In this document: one piece after another, positions 11,686 to 22,042 of the stretch
How positions within the stretch are numbered: the stretch's first letter is position 1
Layout of the letters: the number at the start of each line of letters is the position of its first letter
Assembly (NCBI GenBank): GCA_963724765.1
Contig: CAVRVY010000003.1
Location: 1,152,001 to 1,216,000, forward strand
Source of the DNA: an uncultured delta proteobacterium
GTDB lineage: Bacteria > Desulfobacterota > Binatia > Binatales > Binataceae
DNA length: 64,000 nucleotides
Direction of reading: 5' to 3'
Made by a program: the position numbers and the translations under genes
The notes under the pieces: generated by a model
The model's input: the letters and a program-made list of their open reading frames with translations, nothing else
Told to the model about the DNA's origin: nothing
Database searches by the model: none

Positions 11686-11775
11686 TTAAGCCTGCACCAC
11701 GACGCTCCCGGCGAGGGCCCTAATAAGGCCCAGGCTAAGCAGCAGTCCCAGCAGCAGGTTCAGGCAGGGCGACAT
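11686..11775 (-). CDS. Leu-rich leader peptide (LeuL-like), 29 aa
   Basis: MSPCLNLLLGLLLSLGLIRALAGSVVVQA*; 10 Leu codons; lies directly before the terminator. Confidence 0.85.
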   Translation of the reverse strand: MSPCLNLLLGLLLSLGLIRALAGSVVVQA

Positions 11776-11782
11776 CACGTCT

Positions 11783-11812
11783 ATTGTAGGCGGGGCTCTA
11801 AAGCACAGTCAA
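11783..11812 (-). promoter_or_regulatory. Sigma70-type promoter for the leu leader
   Basis: TTGACT-N18-TACAAT, 7 nt before the leader ATG. Confidence 0.7.
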
Positions 11813-11839
11813 GCGGCATCAGGTCGCACTCACCCGCAC

Positions 11840-12772
11840 TCAGTGGACCTGCGGGGGTGGCTGATGCTCCGATAAATCGCCGGTGGTGCGGGCGTTGGTG
11901 GCTGAACGAGCTTTGCGCGAATTAGCGGCGGGCGCGGCGTGACTGTTGGCTTCCGAGCCCAGAACCGGGGAGAGCGCCTGTGAGCGCTCGCCAGTCAGGA
12001 GCAGATACGGCCCCGAGGCGACGTAGGCGGTCGCCAGCATGAAGAACGTGAACTGCGGCATCGCGAACAGAAACGCCAGCGCGATCAGCATCACGGCCAC
12101 CAGTTCGACCGGCGCGCGCTGATGCAGGTTGATCGTCTTGAAGCTGGGGTAGGGCACGCGCGAGATCATCAGGCTCGCGAGCGCCACCGTCAGCGGCGCC
12201 ATCACGGTGGCCAACGCGTGCGGCGATTCGAACTCGAAGTAGCTGTAGGCGAGCACGCACCCAGCGATCATCGCGGCCGCACCGGGCACTGGCAGGCCCA
12301 CGAAACGGCGCTTGTCGGTGCTGGCGGTCTGCACATTAAAGCGCGCAAGCCGTAGCGCCGCGCAAATCACGAACATGCCGGCGATCACCACGCCCCACGC
12401 GCCGAGTAACCTCAGCGACCAGCAGTAGGCGATCCCAGCCGGCGCCACGCCGAAGGCGACTACGTCGGAGAGGCTGTCGAACTCGACTCCGAACTGGCTC
12501 GAAGTACGCGAGAGACGGGCCACGCGGCCGTCGAGCCCGTCGCATACGAACGCGATCAGGATCATCACGGCGGCAAGCTCGAAATGCGAATTGATCGCCG
12601 AGACCAGGCCAAAAAAGCCCGAGAGCAGGCCGAGCGACGTGATGGTGGCGGGTGCGAGGAATACTCCGCGGCGCAGCGGCGCAACCACTCGTCTCTGCTG
12701 TTCCATCAGGCGGCCCGAGATAAGCCGCATCCGCGCCTGAGCGCTGGGGCTAGGTTTTTTGGTCCGGTTCAT
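11840..12772 (-). CDS. pssA: CDP-diacylglycerol-serine O-phosphatidyltransferase
   Basis: DGLDGRVAR..SSQFGVEFDSLSDVVAFGVAP, LRLARFN, FVGLPVP. Confidence 0.93.
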   Translation of the reverse strand: MNRTKKPSPSAQARMRLISGRLMEQQRRVVAPLRRGVFLAPATITSLGLLSGFFGLVSAINSHFELAAVMILIAFVCDGLDGRVARLSRTSSQFGVEFDSLSDVVAFGVAPAGIAYCWSLRLLGAWGVVIAGMFVICAALRLARFNVQTASTDKRRFVGLPVPGAAAMIAGCVLAYSYFEFESPHALATVMAPLTVALASLMISRVPYPSFKTINLHQRAPVELVAVMLIALAFLFAMPQFTFFMLATAYVASGPYLLLTGERSQALSPVLGSEANSHAAPAANSRKARSATNARTTGDLSEHQPPPQVH

Positions 12773-13452
12773 TGGAGCAACTCTCCAATTATACTCTCTC
12801 CGGCGCGCACCCGCTGCCCGATCTTAACCACTATGCGGTAGTCGGGCGGAACGAAATGGTCGACCCGGCTGCCGAACATTATAAGGCCAATTCGCTCGCC
12901 ACAGCGCACCGTGTCATGAGGATGAAGATGGCAGACGATGCGCCGCGCCAGGTATCCCGCTATCTGTACCATCGCGTGCTGACGGCCGCGCGCGTCGCTC
13001 ATCACAATCAGGTTGCGCTCGTTGTGCTCGCTCGCGTAATCGCGAAAAGCCGCATGGAAGGAGCCGGGCGTATGGCGGACGCTCGTGATTTCCCCGCCAA
13101 CCGGGGCGCGGTTGACGTGCACGTTGAGCGGCGACATGAAGACCGACACGCGATGGTAGCGCTCGCCGGCGGCGCCGTCGGGCAGCGGCATCTCCGCCAC
13201 GTCGCTCACGGTGCCGTCGGCGCCCGAGAGCACCAGGCGTTCGGAGGAGGAGGCTGGTGCACGCTCAGGGTCACGGAAGAAAGCGGCAATCGCAAGGCCG
13301 CATAGGATTGCGATCAGCCCTATCCCATGCCAGCCAAGCGCGAGCACAATCGCTCCCAAGGCCAGCACCGCGGCCGCCATCGTGACGCCCTCAGCCGCGA
13401 TTCCGATAACGCCGCCCACGCGCCGGGCTAAATCACCGGCCCGCATTGCCAT
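12769..13452 (-). CDS. psd: Phosphatidylserine decarboxylase (short type)
   Basis: FFRDPER, VFMSPLNVHVNRAP, FGSRVD pyruvoyl site. Confidence 0.93.
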   Translation of the reverse strand: MAMRAGDLARRVGGVIGIAAEGVTMAAAVLALGAIVLALGWHGIGLIAILCGLAIAAFFRDPERAPASSSERLVLSGADGTVSDVAEMPLPDGAAGERYHRVSVFMSPLNVHVNRAPVGGEITSVRHTPGSFHAAFRDYASEHNERNLIVMSDARGRQHAMVQIAGYLARRIVCHLHPHDTVRCGERIGLIMFGSRVDHFVPPDYRIVVKIGQRVRAGESIIGELLQ

Positions 13453-13477
13453 AGCTATCCGTTAACTCCGGCTGCGT

Positions 13478-14494
13478 TCAATTCTTGGCTTTGTCGACCA
13501 GGCGGTCGCTGGCCAGCCACGGCATGAACGAGCGCAGCTTGCGCCCGACGTCTTCGAGCTGATGCTTTTCCGCTTCCTTGCGTAGCTCGCGGAAGTGCGG
13601 CAGTCCGGCGCGGTACTCGGCGATCCATTCGTTGGCGAATTTGCCCGACTGGATATCGGCAAGCAAATCTTTCATCGCCTGACGCGAGGCCGGTCCGACC
13701 ACGCGCTTGCCGCGCGTCATGTCGCCGTACTCGGCGGTGTTGCTGATCGAGTAACGCATGTTGGCGATTCCGCCCTCGTAGATGAGGTCGACGATGAGCT
13801 TGACCTCGTGGACGCACTCGAAATAGGCCATCTCGGGCGCGTAGCCGGCTGCGACCAGGGTCTCGAAGCCGTTGCGAATCAGCTCGGTCAGTCCGCCGCA
13901 CAGCACCGACTGTTCGCCGAACAGGTCGGTCTCGGTCTCTTCGCGAAAGCTGGTTTCGATAATCGCAGCGCGTCCGCCGCCGATCGCCGAACCATACGCG
14001 AGCCCGATCTGCTTGGTGTCGCCCGAGGGATCCTGTTCAACCGCGAGCAGGCAGGGAACGCCGCGTCCCTTGACGTATTCGGATCGCACGAGGTGGCCGG
14101 GGCCTTTGGGCGCGATCATGAAAACGTTGACGCTGGGGGCGGGCTTGATGAACTTGAAATGGATGTTGAAGCCGTGGCCGAAAGCCAGGTACTTGCCCGG
14201 CGTGAGCTGGGGAGCGACCTCGGCCTCGTAAATTTCGGAGCCCATCTCGTCCGGCACCAGCATCATTACGATGTCGGCGCGGCGCGCGGCCTCGGCGGTC
14301 TCGAAGACCGGCAGGCCCTGCTTGGCCGCCTTCTCCCACGAGGGACTGTCCTTGCGCAGACCCACGCATACGTCCATCCCGCTGTCGCGCAGGTTGAGCG
14401 CATGGGCATGGCCCTGGCTGCCGAAGCCTAGGATGGCGATCTTGTGAGTGCGCAGCCGGCTTAGGTCGGCATCGCGATCGTAGTGGACCTGCAT
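13478..14494 (-). CDS. ilvC: Ketol-acid reductoisomerase
   Basis: [42 protein letters not shown]. Confidence 0.98.
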   Translation of the reverse strand: MQVHYDRDADLSRLRTHKIAILGFGSQGHAHALNLRDSGMDVCVGLRKDSPSWEKAAKQGLPVFETAEAARRADIVMMLVPDEMGSEIYEAEVAPQLTPGKYLAFGHGFNIHFKFIKPAPSVNVFMIAPKGPGHLVRSEYVKGRGVPCLLAVEQDPSGDTKQIGLAYGSAIGGGRAAIIETSFREETETDLFGEQSVLCGGLTELIRNGFETLVAAGYAPEMAYFECVHEVKLIVDLIYEGGIANMRYSISNTAEYGDMTRGKRVVGPASRQAMKDLLADIQSGKFANEWIAEYRAGLPHFRELRKEAEKHQLEDVGRKLRSFMPWLASDRLVDKAKN

Positions 14495-14560
14495 GGCGGG
14501 ATTCTCCTGAATAAATTCGTCGGGATAAATTAGCTGGACAAGCTCGTCGGGATACCGCTG

Positions 14561-15088
14561 CTAGCCGGCCTCGCGCGTGCCGGCGGTGCGATGGTTGTTC
14601 TCATGCTGCACCGCGCGGACCATCGCGATCTTCCCCGAGCGTACGATCTCCTTGATGCCGAGCGGGCGCACCAGCTCGATGAACGCCTTGATCTTGTCGG
14701 CGTCGCCGGTCACCTCCACGGTGACCGCGCGCGGCCCGATATCGACCACGTGAGCGCGAAAGGCGGCGACGATCGAGTCGAGCTCGGCCCGCGTGCGCTC
14801 GTCCACCGCGACCTTCACCATCACCATCTCGCGGTCGATGGTACTGGTGTCCTTGAAGTCGGTGACCTTGATCACGCAGACCAGCTTGTTGAGCTGCTTG
14901 TTAATCTGTTCGAGGGTCTGGTCGTCGCCGGTCGCGACCAGCACGATGCGCGAGACCGAGGGCTCCAACGGATCCTCGTTGACGGTCAAGGACTCGATAT
15001 TGAAGCCGCGGCTGGAGAACAGGCCCGCCACACGCGCGAGCACGCCGAACTCGTTTTCGACCAGAACGGATATGGTATGGCTTGGCAT
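14561..15088 (-). CDS. ilvN: Acetolactate synthase small subunit
   Basis: HTISVLVENEFGVLARVAGLFSSRGFNIESL. Confidence 0.96.
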   Translation of the reverse strand: MPSHTISVLVENEFGVLARVAGLFSSRGFNIESLTVNEDPLEPSVSRIVLVATGDDQTLEQINKQLNKLVCVIKVTDFKDTSTIDREMVMVKVAVDERTRAELDSIVAAFRAHVVDIGPRAVTVEVTGDADKIKAFIELVRPLGIKEIVRSGKIAMVRAVQHENNHRTAGTREAG

Positions 15089-15130
15089 CAGTTGGGGTTA
15101 CGGCCCGGGCGCCTGGCGCGCGCCGCGAGC

Positions 15131-15361
15131 CTAGCGCGCGTCATGCTGATGGCGATGAAGGAGCGCCATGATGCGATCCTTCGAGGCCAGTTTCAGCTTC
15201 TGAATTCTCTTTTTTTCGATTTCCTCTTCGGCGGTCAGGTAGTGCTTGAGACGGAACGACTCGAGCTGGCGTTTGAGCTCCGCGTGCTCCTCATAGAGCG
15301 TCTTCAGTTCTTCGTCATTGGTCACGTACTGATGAATGAGTTCTTCTTCCTTCGGCTCCAT
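15131..15361 (-). CDS. DUF465/YdcH-like small coiled-coil protein
   Basis: LYEEHAEL...LTAEEEIEKKRIQKLKLASKDRI; SD GAGG. Confidence 0.8.
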   Translation of the reverse strand: MEPKEEELIHQYVTNDEELKTLYEEHAELKRQLESFRLKHYLTAEEEIEKKRIQKLKLASKDRIMALLHRHQHDAR

Positions 15362-16070
15362 TTACCCTCACTCCCGAGGTTAGAGGACCAATCTTGAAAA
15401 TCGCCTCCGCCGACCTCACATACAGCGGTTCCAGGACGAATGCGTTATCGGCCTCCCCCGCTACCACCCGAGCGGCGCCGAGCGCCGCCACGACTCGACC
15501 TCGCAGACCGAGCGCGCTTACTTCCAGGCACGTCGCCCGGCCTCCTGCGCGCACGGCCAAATAACAGGCCTCTTTGGCCTTTGCATCGCCGACCAACAAA
15601 ACGTCGGTACCAAGATGTGGAGCCAGGTTTTCGAGCGCGACCACGAGGTCATCTGATAACTTTTCTAGCCCATCGCCACTTGCCCGGTAAAGGGCAGCAT
15701 AGACCTCGCTCTTGCGAGCGTCTAGCACCGGGCAGATGAGCCCGGCGGGCATAGCGGAAACTTCAGCCAGCGCCGTCAGGGCGAGCGTGTCGAGGCTCGG
15801 TATCCCCAAAAGTGCGCATCCGGTCGCGAGCTTCACACCCTTGGCGTAGCTCAATCCCACCCGCAGGCCGGTAAATGATCCCGGGCCGATTCCCACTGCG
15901 ATAGCCCTGAGCTCCCGGGTCGAAAGTCCCGCCTGCGCGAGCAGTCCGGCGACCGCCGCGGGCAGCTCGGCGCCATGGGAAGCGACCGAGTGCGAGGCTT
16001 CGGCCAGCACTCGCCCACCGGCCACCACGGCGAGATCGGCTCGCGGCCCTCCGGTGTCGATTCCCAGCAC
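15315..16070 (-). CDS. tsaB: tRNA threonylcarbamoyladenosine biosynthesis protein
   Basis: LGIDT, GIGPGSFTGLRVG, LDARKSEVY, LEPLYVR; start uncertain. Confidence 0.92.
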   Translation of the reverse strand: MLGIDTGGPRADLAVVAGGRVLAEASHSVASHGAELPAAVAGLLAQAGLSTRELRAIAVGIGPGSFTGLRVGLSYAKGVKLATGCALLGIPSLDTLALTALAEVSAMPAGLICPVLDARKSEVYAALYRASGDGLEKLSDDLVVALENLAPHLGTDVLLVGDAKAKEACYLAVRAGGRATCLEVSALGLRGRVVAALGAARVVAGEADNAFVLEPLYVRSAEAIFKIGPLTSGVRVNGAEGRRTHSSVRDQ

Positions 16071-16104
16071 TGGTCCGGCTGCAGCGCCGGCCGCCAGTGC
16101 GGCT

Positions 16105-17460
16105 TCAACTGTGCATAATGTGCGAGATGTCATTAACAATGACGAAAGTCATCAGCGCCACCAGCAACAGCAGCCCGATTTGCATCGCAAATTCGCGATG
16201 CCGCAGTTGCAATGGCCTGCCGCGCAAGCCTTCGATCAGAAAAAAGAACAGGTGACCGCCGTCGAGCAACGGCACCGGCAGCAGGTTGATGATGCCCAGC
16301 TCCAGGCTCAGCATCACCGTGAACCCGGCCACGTCGGCGAAGCCCTGCTTAGCCTCTTTGCCTGCCATCTTGGCGATCATGATGGGTCCGCCCAGAGCCT
16401 GACGCGCCGGCGTCGTGCCGTTGATGATCAGTGCGATTCCCATCACCAGCCGGCCGGTAAGCTCGACGGTCGACACCATGCTTTCGCGGATTGCGCCCAA
16501 CGGTCCGTAGCGGCGCACGCCCTCGTCGCCGCGTGGCAGGACCCCGATAATCCAGACCGGGGCCTTGTTGCCGTAACCGGTATCTTCCTTTTCACGCCGG
16601 GGTGTCACGAGCAGCGACATCTGGCTCAACGGGGCGCTGTGCGCGGGGCGCGCGAAATCGATTTTGATCGGCGCGCCGTCGTCCGACTTGATTGCGTCGG
16701 AGAGGTCGGCCCAGTTCTCGACTTTCTTTCCGTTGACCGCGAGAATCTGGTCGCCCTTGCGCAGGCCCGCCGCGTAGGCCGGCATACCCTGTTTGATTTC
16801 GCCCAGTATCGGCTTCACGTAGGGCACGCCATACATGAAAACAATCGCCATCAGCACGGGCGCGAACAGGATGTTCGCCAGCGGCCCGGCCAGCACAATT
16901 TTGATCCGGGTACCGAGGCTCTGAGTCGGGAAGGCCTGTGCGCGATAGCGATTCAGGAGCACCGGCGGGCGGCTCTCGACCAGCGCTTTGATGGCCTGGT
17001 CGACCGAGCCACGGCGTTCGACCTCGGCCAGCAGCAACGCTTCGTCGGGCCGCAGCGCGCGGCCAAGTATCGCTTCGGCACTGTCGGCCGGCGGTGCGAG
17101 CCGATGCGCGAGGCTGAGCAGCATCTGTGCCCGCTCGGTGCCCAGTGAAGCGGCGGTACCGTGATGGCGCGCCGCTTCGAGCAGGTCGAGCTGCACTTCC
17201 TTCACGTAGCCCTCGAGCGTATCGGCCGTGGGTTCTTCGGCGACTTCATCGCCGAGCATTCGCACGTAGCCTCCCAGCGGCGTCGCGCCGAACGCATACT
17301 CGGTCTCGCCGCGGCGAACGCCGAAGAGCTTCGGTGGGTAGCCGACCGAGTAGCGAATCACACGCACACCCGAGCGCTTGGCCACCAGGAAATGGCCGGT
17401 CTCGTGCACGATGATCAGGACGGCGAAGATTATGACGGCTGAGATGATTGAGGTGATCAT
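16105..17460 (-). CDS. rseP: Site-2 (RIP) zinc metalloprotease, single PDZ domain, with an insertion
   Basis: HETGH, PLGGYVRM, AGPLAN, NLLPVPLLDGGH. Confidence 0.95.
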   Translation of the reverse strand: MITSIISAVIIFAVLIIVHETGHFLVAKRSGVRVIRYSVGYPPKLFGVRRGETEYAFGATPLGGYVRMLGDEVAEEPTADTLEGYVKEVQLDLLEAARHHGTAASLGTERAQMLLSLAHRLAPPADSAEAILGRALRPDEALLLAEVERRGSVDQAIKALVESRPPVLLNRYRAQAFPTQSLGTRIKIVLAGPLANILFAPVLMAIVFMYGVPYVKPILGEIKQGMPAYAAGLRKGDQILAVNGKKVENWADLSDAIKSDDGAPIKIDFARPAHSAPLSQMSLLVTPRREKEDTGYGNKAPVWIIGVLPRGDEGVRRYGPLGAIRESMVSTVELTGRLVMGIALIINGTTPARQALGGPIMIAKMAGKEAKQGFADVAGFTVMLSLELGIINLLPVPLLDGGHLFFFLIEGLRGRPLQLRHREFAMQIGLLLLVALMTFVIVNDISHIMHS

Positions 17461-17503
17461 AGTTTCCGATTGTTAAATAAGAAGTCAGGCTGATGCGTCA
17501 TAT

Positions 17504-18295
17504 TCATCGGCTCCAATAATAAGCCAAAACCGTGGCGAAAACCATGCTGCACGTGCGATCGAGCAGGCCGCCATGGCCGGGGAAAATCCAGCCCGAATCC
17601 TTCACCCCGGCGCTGCGCTTGAGCGCTGAGCTGGCCAAGTCGCCCAGTTGCGCCAATATTCCGATTGCCAGCGAAAGCGCTACGGTCCGGCCTACGTTCC
17701 ATCCTGACACCAGCGGTTGGTGCAGCAGCGATCCGGCCACCACGCATAGCGCGAGCCCGCCGATTGCCCCTTCCACGGTCTTTTTTGGGCTCACCCGCGG
17801 GGCCAGTTTCGTGCGGCCCAACCATGAACCGGTGAAGTACGCCCCAGTGTCGCTGGCGATTACGAGGAGCAGGATAAAAATTATCACCGCGATGCCGTTC
17901 GTCCGGTTGCGCAGGAGCGAAAAATAGGGAAACAGCGCCCCCACGTAGAATGCCCCAAGGACGGTCAGGCCCAGTCCGGGCGACGGAGCCGCCGGGCTCG
18001 ACGTGTTCCAACTCACCCGCACGATCAGCATCAGCATGGCCAGAATTGCGCCGAGCGGGATGAACCATAGATGCTTGGGCGCCCACGCCAGCAGTATCGC
18101 CGACCCACCGCCCGCCACAACTAATGCGCCGATCGCGCCAGCCGTATGCGCCCGGGTCATCGCGGCCACTTCGTAGAGCCCCCACGCGGTCAAAACGCCC
18201 ACGAACGCCGCAAACCACAGCGCGGGTGCGAACAGCACCACCGCCAGCAGCGCGGGTAGCGCGACCAGCGCGGTCCAGACCCTAGTTCGCAGCAC
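17504..18295 (-). CDS. cdsA: Phosphatidate cytidylyltransferase
   Basis: SDTGAYF, SPKKTVEG, GDLASSALKR..VKDSG..FPGHGGLLDR. Confidence 0.95.
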   Translation of the reverse strand: MLRTRVWTALVALPALLAVVLFAPALWFAAFVGVLTAWGLYEVAAMTRAHTAGAIGALVVAGGGSAILLAWAPKHLWFIPLGAILAMLMLIVRVSWNTSSPAAPSPGLGLTVLGAFYVGALFPYFSLLRNRTNGIAVIIFILLLVIASDTGAYFTGSWLGRTKLAPRVSPKKTVEGAIGGLALCVVAGSLLHQPLVSGWNVGRTVALSLAIGILAQLGDLASSALKRSAGVKDSGWIFPGHGGLLDRTCSMVFATVLAYYWSR

Positions 18296-19070
18296 GCAGT
18301 CGGTGGTTGGCGGAGCCGGCGTCGACCGCGCCGAAGCGGCGCTCGCGAAGCTGATAGGCCGCCAGCGCATGGAGAAATTCGCGCTCGCGGAAGTCGGGCC
18401 ATAGCGTGTTGGTGAAATAGAGCTCCGTGTAGGCGAGCTGGTACAGGAAAAAATTCGAGATCCGAAGTTCGCCCGAGGTCCGGATGAGCAAGTCGGGGTC
18501 GGGCAGGTCAGCGCTGGCGAGCCGGCTCGCGACCACCTGCTCGTCGACCTCGTCGGGGCGCAGGCGCCCCCCGGCAACTTCCTCGGCGATCCGGCGGGCG
18601 GCTGCAGTCACGTCTTGTCGGCCGCCATAGGAGAGCGCCAGCGCCACCGTCATCGATCGGTTCCCGGCGGTCGCGGCGATCATCGAGTCGAGCGCGCGCC
18701 TGACCGGCGGCGGCAGACGTTCGAGCTCGCCCAGTGCCACCACCTTGATGTCGCGTTTCATCAGGCGCTTGGTCTCGGTGCTGAGGTAGCGATGGAACAG
18801 CTCCATCAGGAAGCGCACCTCGGTGCCCGGCCGTTGCCAGTTCTCGTTGGAGAAGACGAACAGGGTGAGGTAGGGGATGCCAACCTCGCGTGCGGCCTCG
18901 ACCACGGCGCGCACCGAGTCCTTGCCGCGCCGATGGCCTTCCGGACGCGAAAGCCCGTGCTGGCGCGCCCATCGCCCATTGCCGTCCATCACGATCGCGA
19001 CATGGCGCGGCAACCGCTCCGCCTCGAGCGAAAGACCGGGAAATTCGTTCAGTGGGAGTATAGAAGCCAC
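18282..19070 (-). CDS. uppS: Isoprenyl transferase (undecaprenyl diphosphate synthase)
   Basis: HVAIVMDGNGRWA, FSNENW, DLLIRTSGELRISNF. Confidence 0.97.
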   Translation of the reverse strand: MASILPLNEFPGLSLEAERLPRHVAIVMDGNGRWARQHGLSRPEGHRRGKDSVRAVVEAAREVGIPYLTLFVFSNENWQRPGTEVRFLMELFHRYLSTETKRLMKRDIKVVALGELERLPPPVRRALDSMIAATAGNRSMTVALALSYGGRQDVTAAARRIAEEVAGGRLRPDEVDEQVVASRLASADLPDPDLLIRTSGELRISNFFLYQLAYTELYFTNTLWPDFREREFLHALAAYQLRERRFGAVDAGSANHRLRAAN

Positions 19071-19124
19071 GAACTGGGTAAGCCGCCGCGGGATCTCACT
19101 TGCGCGGGATGCCTTGCGGGCGAT

Positions 19125-19697
19125 TCAGACCTCCATTATCTCGGCTTCCTTGGCCGCCAGCACCTTGTCGATCTTCTCGATGTGCTCGGTGGTATGCTGC
19201 TGGACTTTGGCCTCGGCCGTGCGCAGCGTGTCGTCATCGAGCTTTTTGTCCTTGTGCATTTTTTTGAGCTTGTCGTTAGCGTCACGGCGATGGTTGCGTA
19301 CGGAGACCCGGAACTCCTCAGCGGTCTTGTGCACGTGGCGCACCAGTTCCTTGCGCCGCTGCTCGGTTAGCTCGGGGATCGGCACGCGGATGAGCTTGCC
19401 GTCGTTGATTGGAGTCAGGCCGAGGTCGGAGGTCTGGATAGCCTTTTCGATCTCGTGCAGTGAGCCCTTGTCATAAGGCGTGACCACCAGCAGGCGCGGC
19501 TCGGGAGCGGCCAGCCCGGCGAGCTGGCGCAGCGGCGTGCGTGCGCCATAATAATTGACGTGCAGGCCCTCGAGCAGCGCGGTCGAGGCGCGTCCGGTGC
19601 GTACGCGGCCGAGCTCATGGCGAAAGGCGCCGAGCGCCTCCTCCATCTCCATGCGCGCCATCTCGATCAGTTCTTCCGGCTTTTCCTCAGCGGCCAC
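19125..19697 (-). CDS. frr: Ribosome recycling factor
   Basis: [31 protein letters not shown]. Confidence 0.97.
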   Translation of the reverse strand: MAAEEKPEELIEMARMEMEEALGAFRHELGRVRTGRASTALLEGLHVNYYGARTPLRQLAGLAAPEPRLLVVTPYDKGSLHEIEKAIQTSDLGLTPINDGKLIRVPIPELTEQRRKELVRHVHKTAEEFRVSVRNHRRDANDKLKKMHKDKKLDDDTLRTAEAKVQQHTTEHIEKIDKVLAAKEAEIMEV

Positions 19698-20436
19698 TTT
19701 CCACCCAGGTGCCGATCGGTTCGCCCATCACGGCCCTTCTTATATTACCCGTCTGGCGCAGATTGAAAACGATGATCGGCAGGTCGTTGTCCTTGCACAT
19801 CGAGATCGCGGTCGAGTCCATCACCTTGAGGTTGCGTTCGAGCACCTCGAGGTAGGTCAGGCGGTCAAAGCGTTTGGCTCCGGCTTCACGCAGCGGATCG
19901 CGGTCGTAAACGCCGTCGACATGATGGCTCGCCTTGAGGATGACTTCAGCGCCGATTTCCAACGCGCGCAGGCTCGCTGCGGTGTCAGTGGTGAAGTAGG
20001 GATTGCCGGTGCCGGCGGCAAAGATCACCACCCGTCCCTTTTCGAGGTGGCGCACCGCGCGCCGACGGATGTACGGCTCGCACACGGCCTGCATCGCGAT
20101 TGCCGAGAGCACCCTGGTGGTCACGCCGGCCCGCTCCAGGGCGTCCTGAAAGGCGAGGGCGTTGATCACGGTGCCCAGCATGCCCATCTGGTCCGCGCTC
20201 GAGCGGTCCATCCCACGCGCTTCGTATTCGCTGCCGCGCAGGATGTTGCCCGCCCCGATAACCATCGCGAGTTGCACGCCGAGGGCGGCTATATCTTTGA
20301 TTTCGCGGGCGAATGCGGCCAGCGTATCGAGATCGATGCCGGCTCCTTGGGCGGGCGCCAGCGCCTGCCCGGAGAGCTTGAGCATCACGCGGTGGAAGCG
20401 GGGCTTGTGCGCCGCGCCGCCTGCCGCCTCGCTCAT
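19687..20436 (-). CDS. pyrH: UMP kinase
   Basis: [25 protein letters not shown]. Confidence 0.97.
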   Translation of the reverse strand: MSEAAGGAAHKPRFHRVMLKLSGQALAPAQGAGIDLDTLAAFAREIKDIAALGVQLAMVIGAGNILRGSEYEARGMDRSSADQMGMLGTVINALAFQDALERAGVTTRVLSAIAMQAVCEPYIRRRAVRHLEKGRVVIFAAGTGNPYFTTDTAASLRALEIGAEVILKASHHVDGVYDRDPLREAGAKRFDRLTYLEVLERNLKVMDSTAISMCKDNDLPIIVFNLRQTGNIRRAVMGEPIGTWVESGR

Positions 20437-20465
20437 CGCTCTCGCCTCCCCCCGTGCGCAGGTGA

Positions 20466-21083
20466 TTACGCGCTGGCGGCCGTGTTGCCGTCGCGCGATT
20501 CGCCGAGCTGGAAGCGGACGAAGCGGCGGATTTCGATCTTCTCGCCCAGCTTGGCTACGTATTCGCCCAGCAGGTCGGTGATAGTGCGGTTGGGATCGCG
20601 CACCCAGGCCTGCTCGTTGAGACAGATGTCACGGTAGAATTTTTCCAGCTTGCCGTCGACGATTTTCTTGACCACCGCTTCAGGCTTGTCCGCCGACTGC
20701 GTGGCGTAGATCTGGCGCTCCTGCTCGATGACCTCGGCGGGCACGTCCTCGCGGCTGACGCAGCGCGGATTGGCCGCCGCTATCTGCATCGCGATCTCCT
20801 TGACCAGGGTCTGAAACTCGGGCGTCTTGGCCACGAAGTCGCTTTCGCAATTAACCTCTACCAGCACGCCGAGCTTGCCGCCGGCATGAATGTAGGACCC
20901 GATCGACCCTTCCGAGGCGAGCTTGCCCGCGCGCTTGGCGGCCTGTGCGATACCGCGCTCGCGGAGCCACACGATGGCCTTGTCCAGGTCACCGCTGGCC
21001 TCCGCCAGCGCCTTCTTGCAGTCCATAACGCCGGCGCCGGTTTTTTCGCGCAGTTCCCTGACGATGTTTGCGTTGATGTCCAT
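20466..21083 (-). CDS. tsf: Elongation factor Ts (short form)
   Basis: [27 protein letters not shown]. Confidence 0.97.
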   Translation of the reverse strand: MDINANIVRELREKTGAGVMDCKKALAEASGDLDKAIVWLRERGIAQAAKRAGKLASEGSIGSYIHAGGKLGVLVEVNCESDFVAKTPEFQTLVKEIAMQIAAANPRCVSREDVPAEVIEQERQIYATQSADKPEAVVKKIVDGKLEKFYRDICLNEQAWVRDPNRTITDLLGEYVAKLGEKIEIRRFVRFQLGESRDGNTAASA

Positions 21084-21180
21084 TCTTGGATTTTTTGTCT
21101 GTAGGTTCTCGTTCTTGCCCGCTCGGGTGAAACTTTGCCGGCCGGTTTATAAACGCGCCGGCGTGCCGCAACAAATCTTC

Positions 21181-21951
21181 CTAGACGCTCTGGCTTGGCG
21201 GCTCCGGAGCGCGCCCTTCGTCGGCATTGGCGCTTAAGTCCTGCTCGCCCTTTTGCCGTTCCTCGGCGATTCGTTTGCCCTCCAGCACCGCGTCGGCCAT
21301 CGCCGCGCTGAACAGCTTGATCGCGCGAATCGCGTCGTCGTTGCCCGGGATGCGGTAGGCGATAAGGTCGGGGTCGCAGTTGGTGTCGACCACGGCCACC
21401 ACCGGGATGCCGAGCCGTTTGGCCTCGGCTACCGCGATGTCTTCTTTCTTGGTGTCGATCACCCACAGCGCGTCGGGCAGCTTGCGCATGTTCTTGATCC
21501 CGGCCAGCGTGCCCATCAGCTTGTCGTGCTCGTGGGCATTCTCGCTCATCTCTTTCTTGGTGAGCGCCTGGATCATCTCGGGGTCGGCCATTATCTCTTC
21601 GAGTTTCTTGAGCCGTTCGATCGATTGCCGGATGGTCTGGAAGTTGGTCAGCATCCCGCCCAGCCAGCGGTTGTGCACGTAGTACATCCCGCAGCGATCG
21701 GCCTCTTCGCGCACGATGTCCTGGGCCTGCTTCTTGGTGCCGACGAAGAGCATCGTGCCGCCCTGGGCGGCGAGGTCGCGGACGAAGTCGTAAGCCTCGC
21801 GAAACATCCGCACGGTCTGCTGGAGGTCGATGATATAGATGCCGTTGCGGGCGCCAAAGATGTAAGGCTTCATCTTCGGATTCCAGCGGCTGGTCTGGTG
21901 GCCGAAGTGAACTCCGGCTTCCAGAAGCTGTTTCATGCTGATTTCGGTCAT
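21181..21951 (-). CDS. rpsB: 30S ribosomal protein S2
   Basis: [36 protein letters not shown]. Confidence 0.98.
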   Translation of the reverse strand: MTEISMKQLLEAGVHFGHQTSRWNPKMKPYIFGARNGIYIIDLQQTVRMFREAYDFVRDLAAQGGTMLFVGTKKQAQDIVREEADRCGMYYVHNRWLGGMLTNFQTIRQSIERLKKLEEIMADPEMIQALTKKEMSENAHEHDKLMGTLAGIKNMRKLPDALWVIDTKKEDIAVAEAKRLGIPVVAVVDTNCDPDLIAYRIPGNDDAIRAIKLFSAAMADAVLEGKRIAEERQKGEQDLSANADEGRAPEPPSQSV

Positions 21952-22042
21952 AAGTCCTCTTAAGCGTCCGCTCAGCCCTCCGGCCAGCGGACGACACTAT
22001 TAATTATCAAGCCGCGCGGGCAGTTCCTAGGGCGCGCATCCC

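Noticed and set aside
20466-21083. Short 205-aa EF-Ts as a truncation
   Set aside because: The short form is a known normal type in several phyla.
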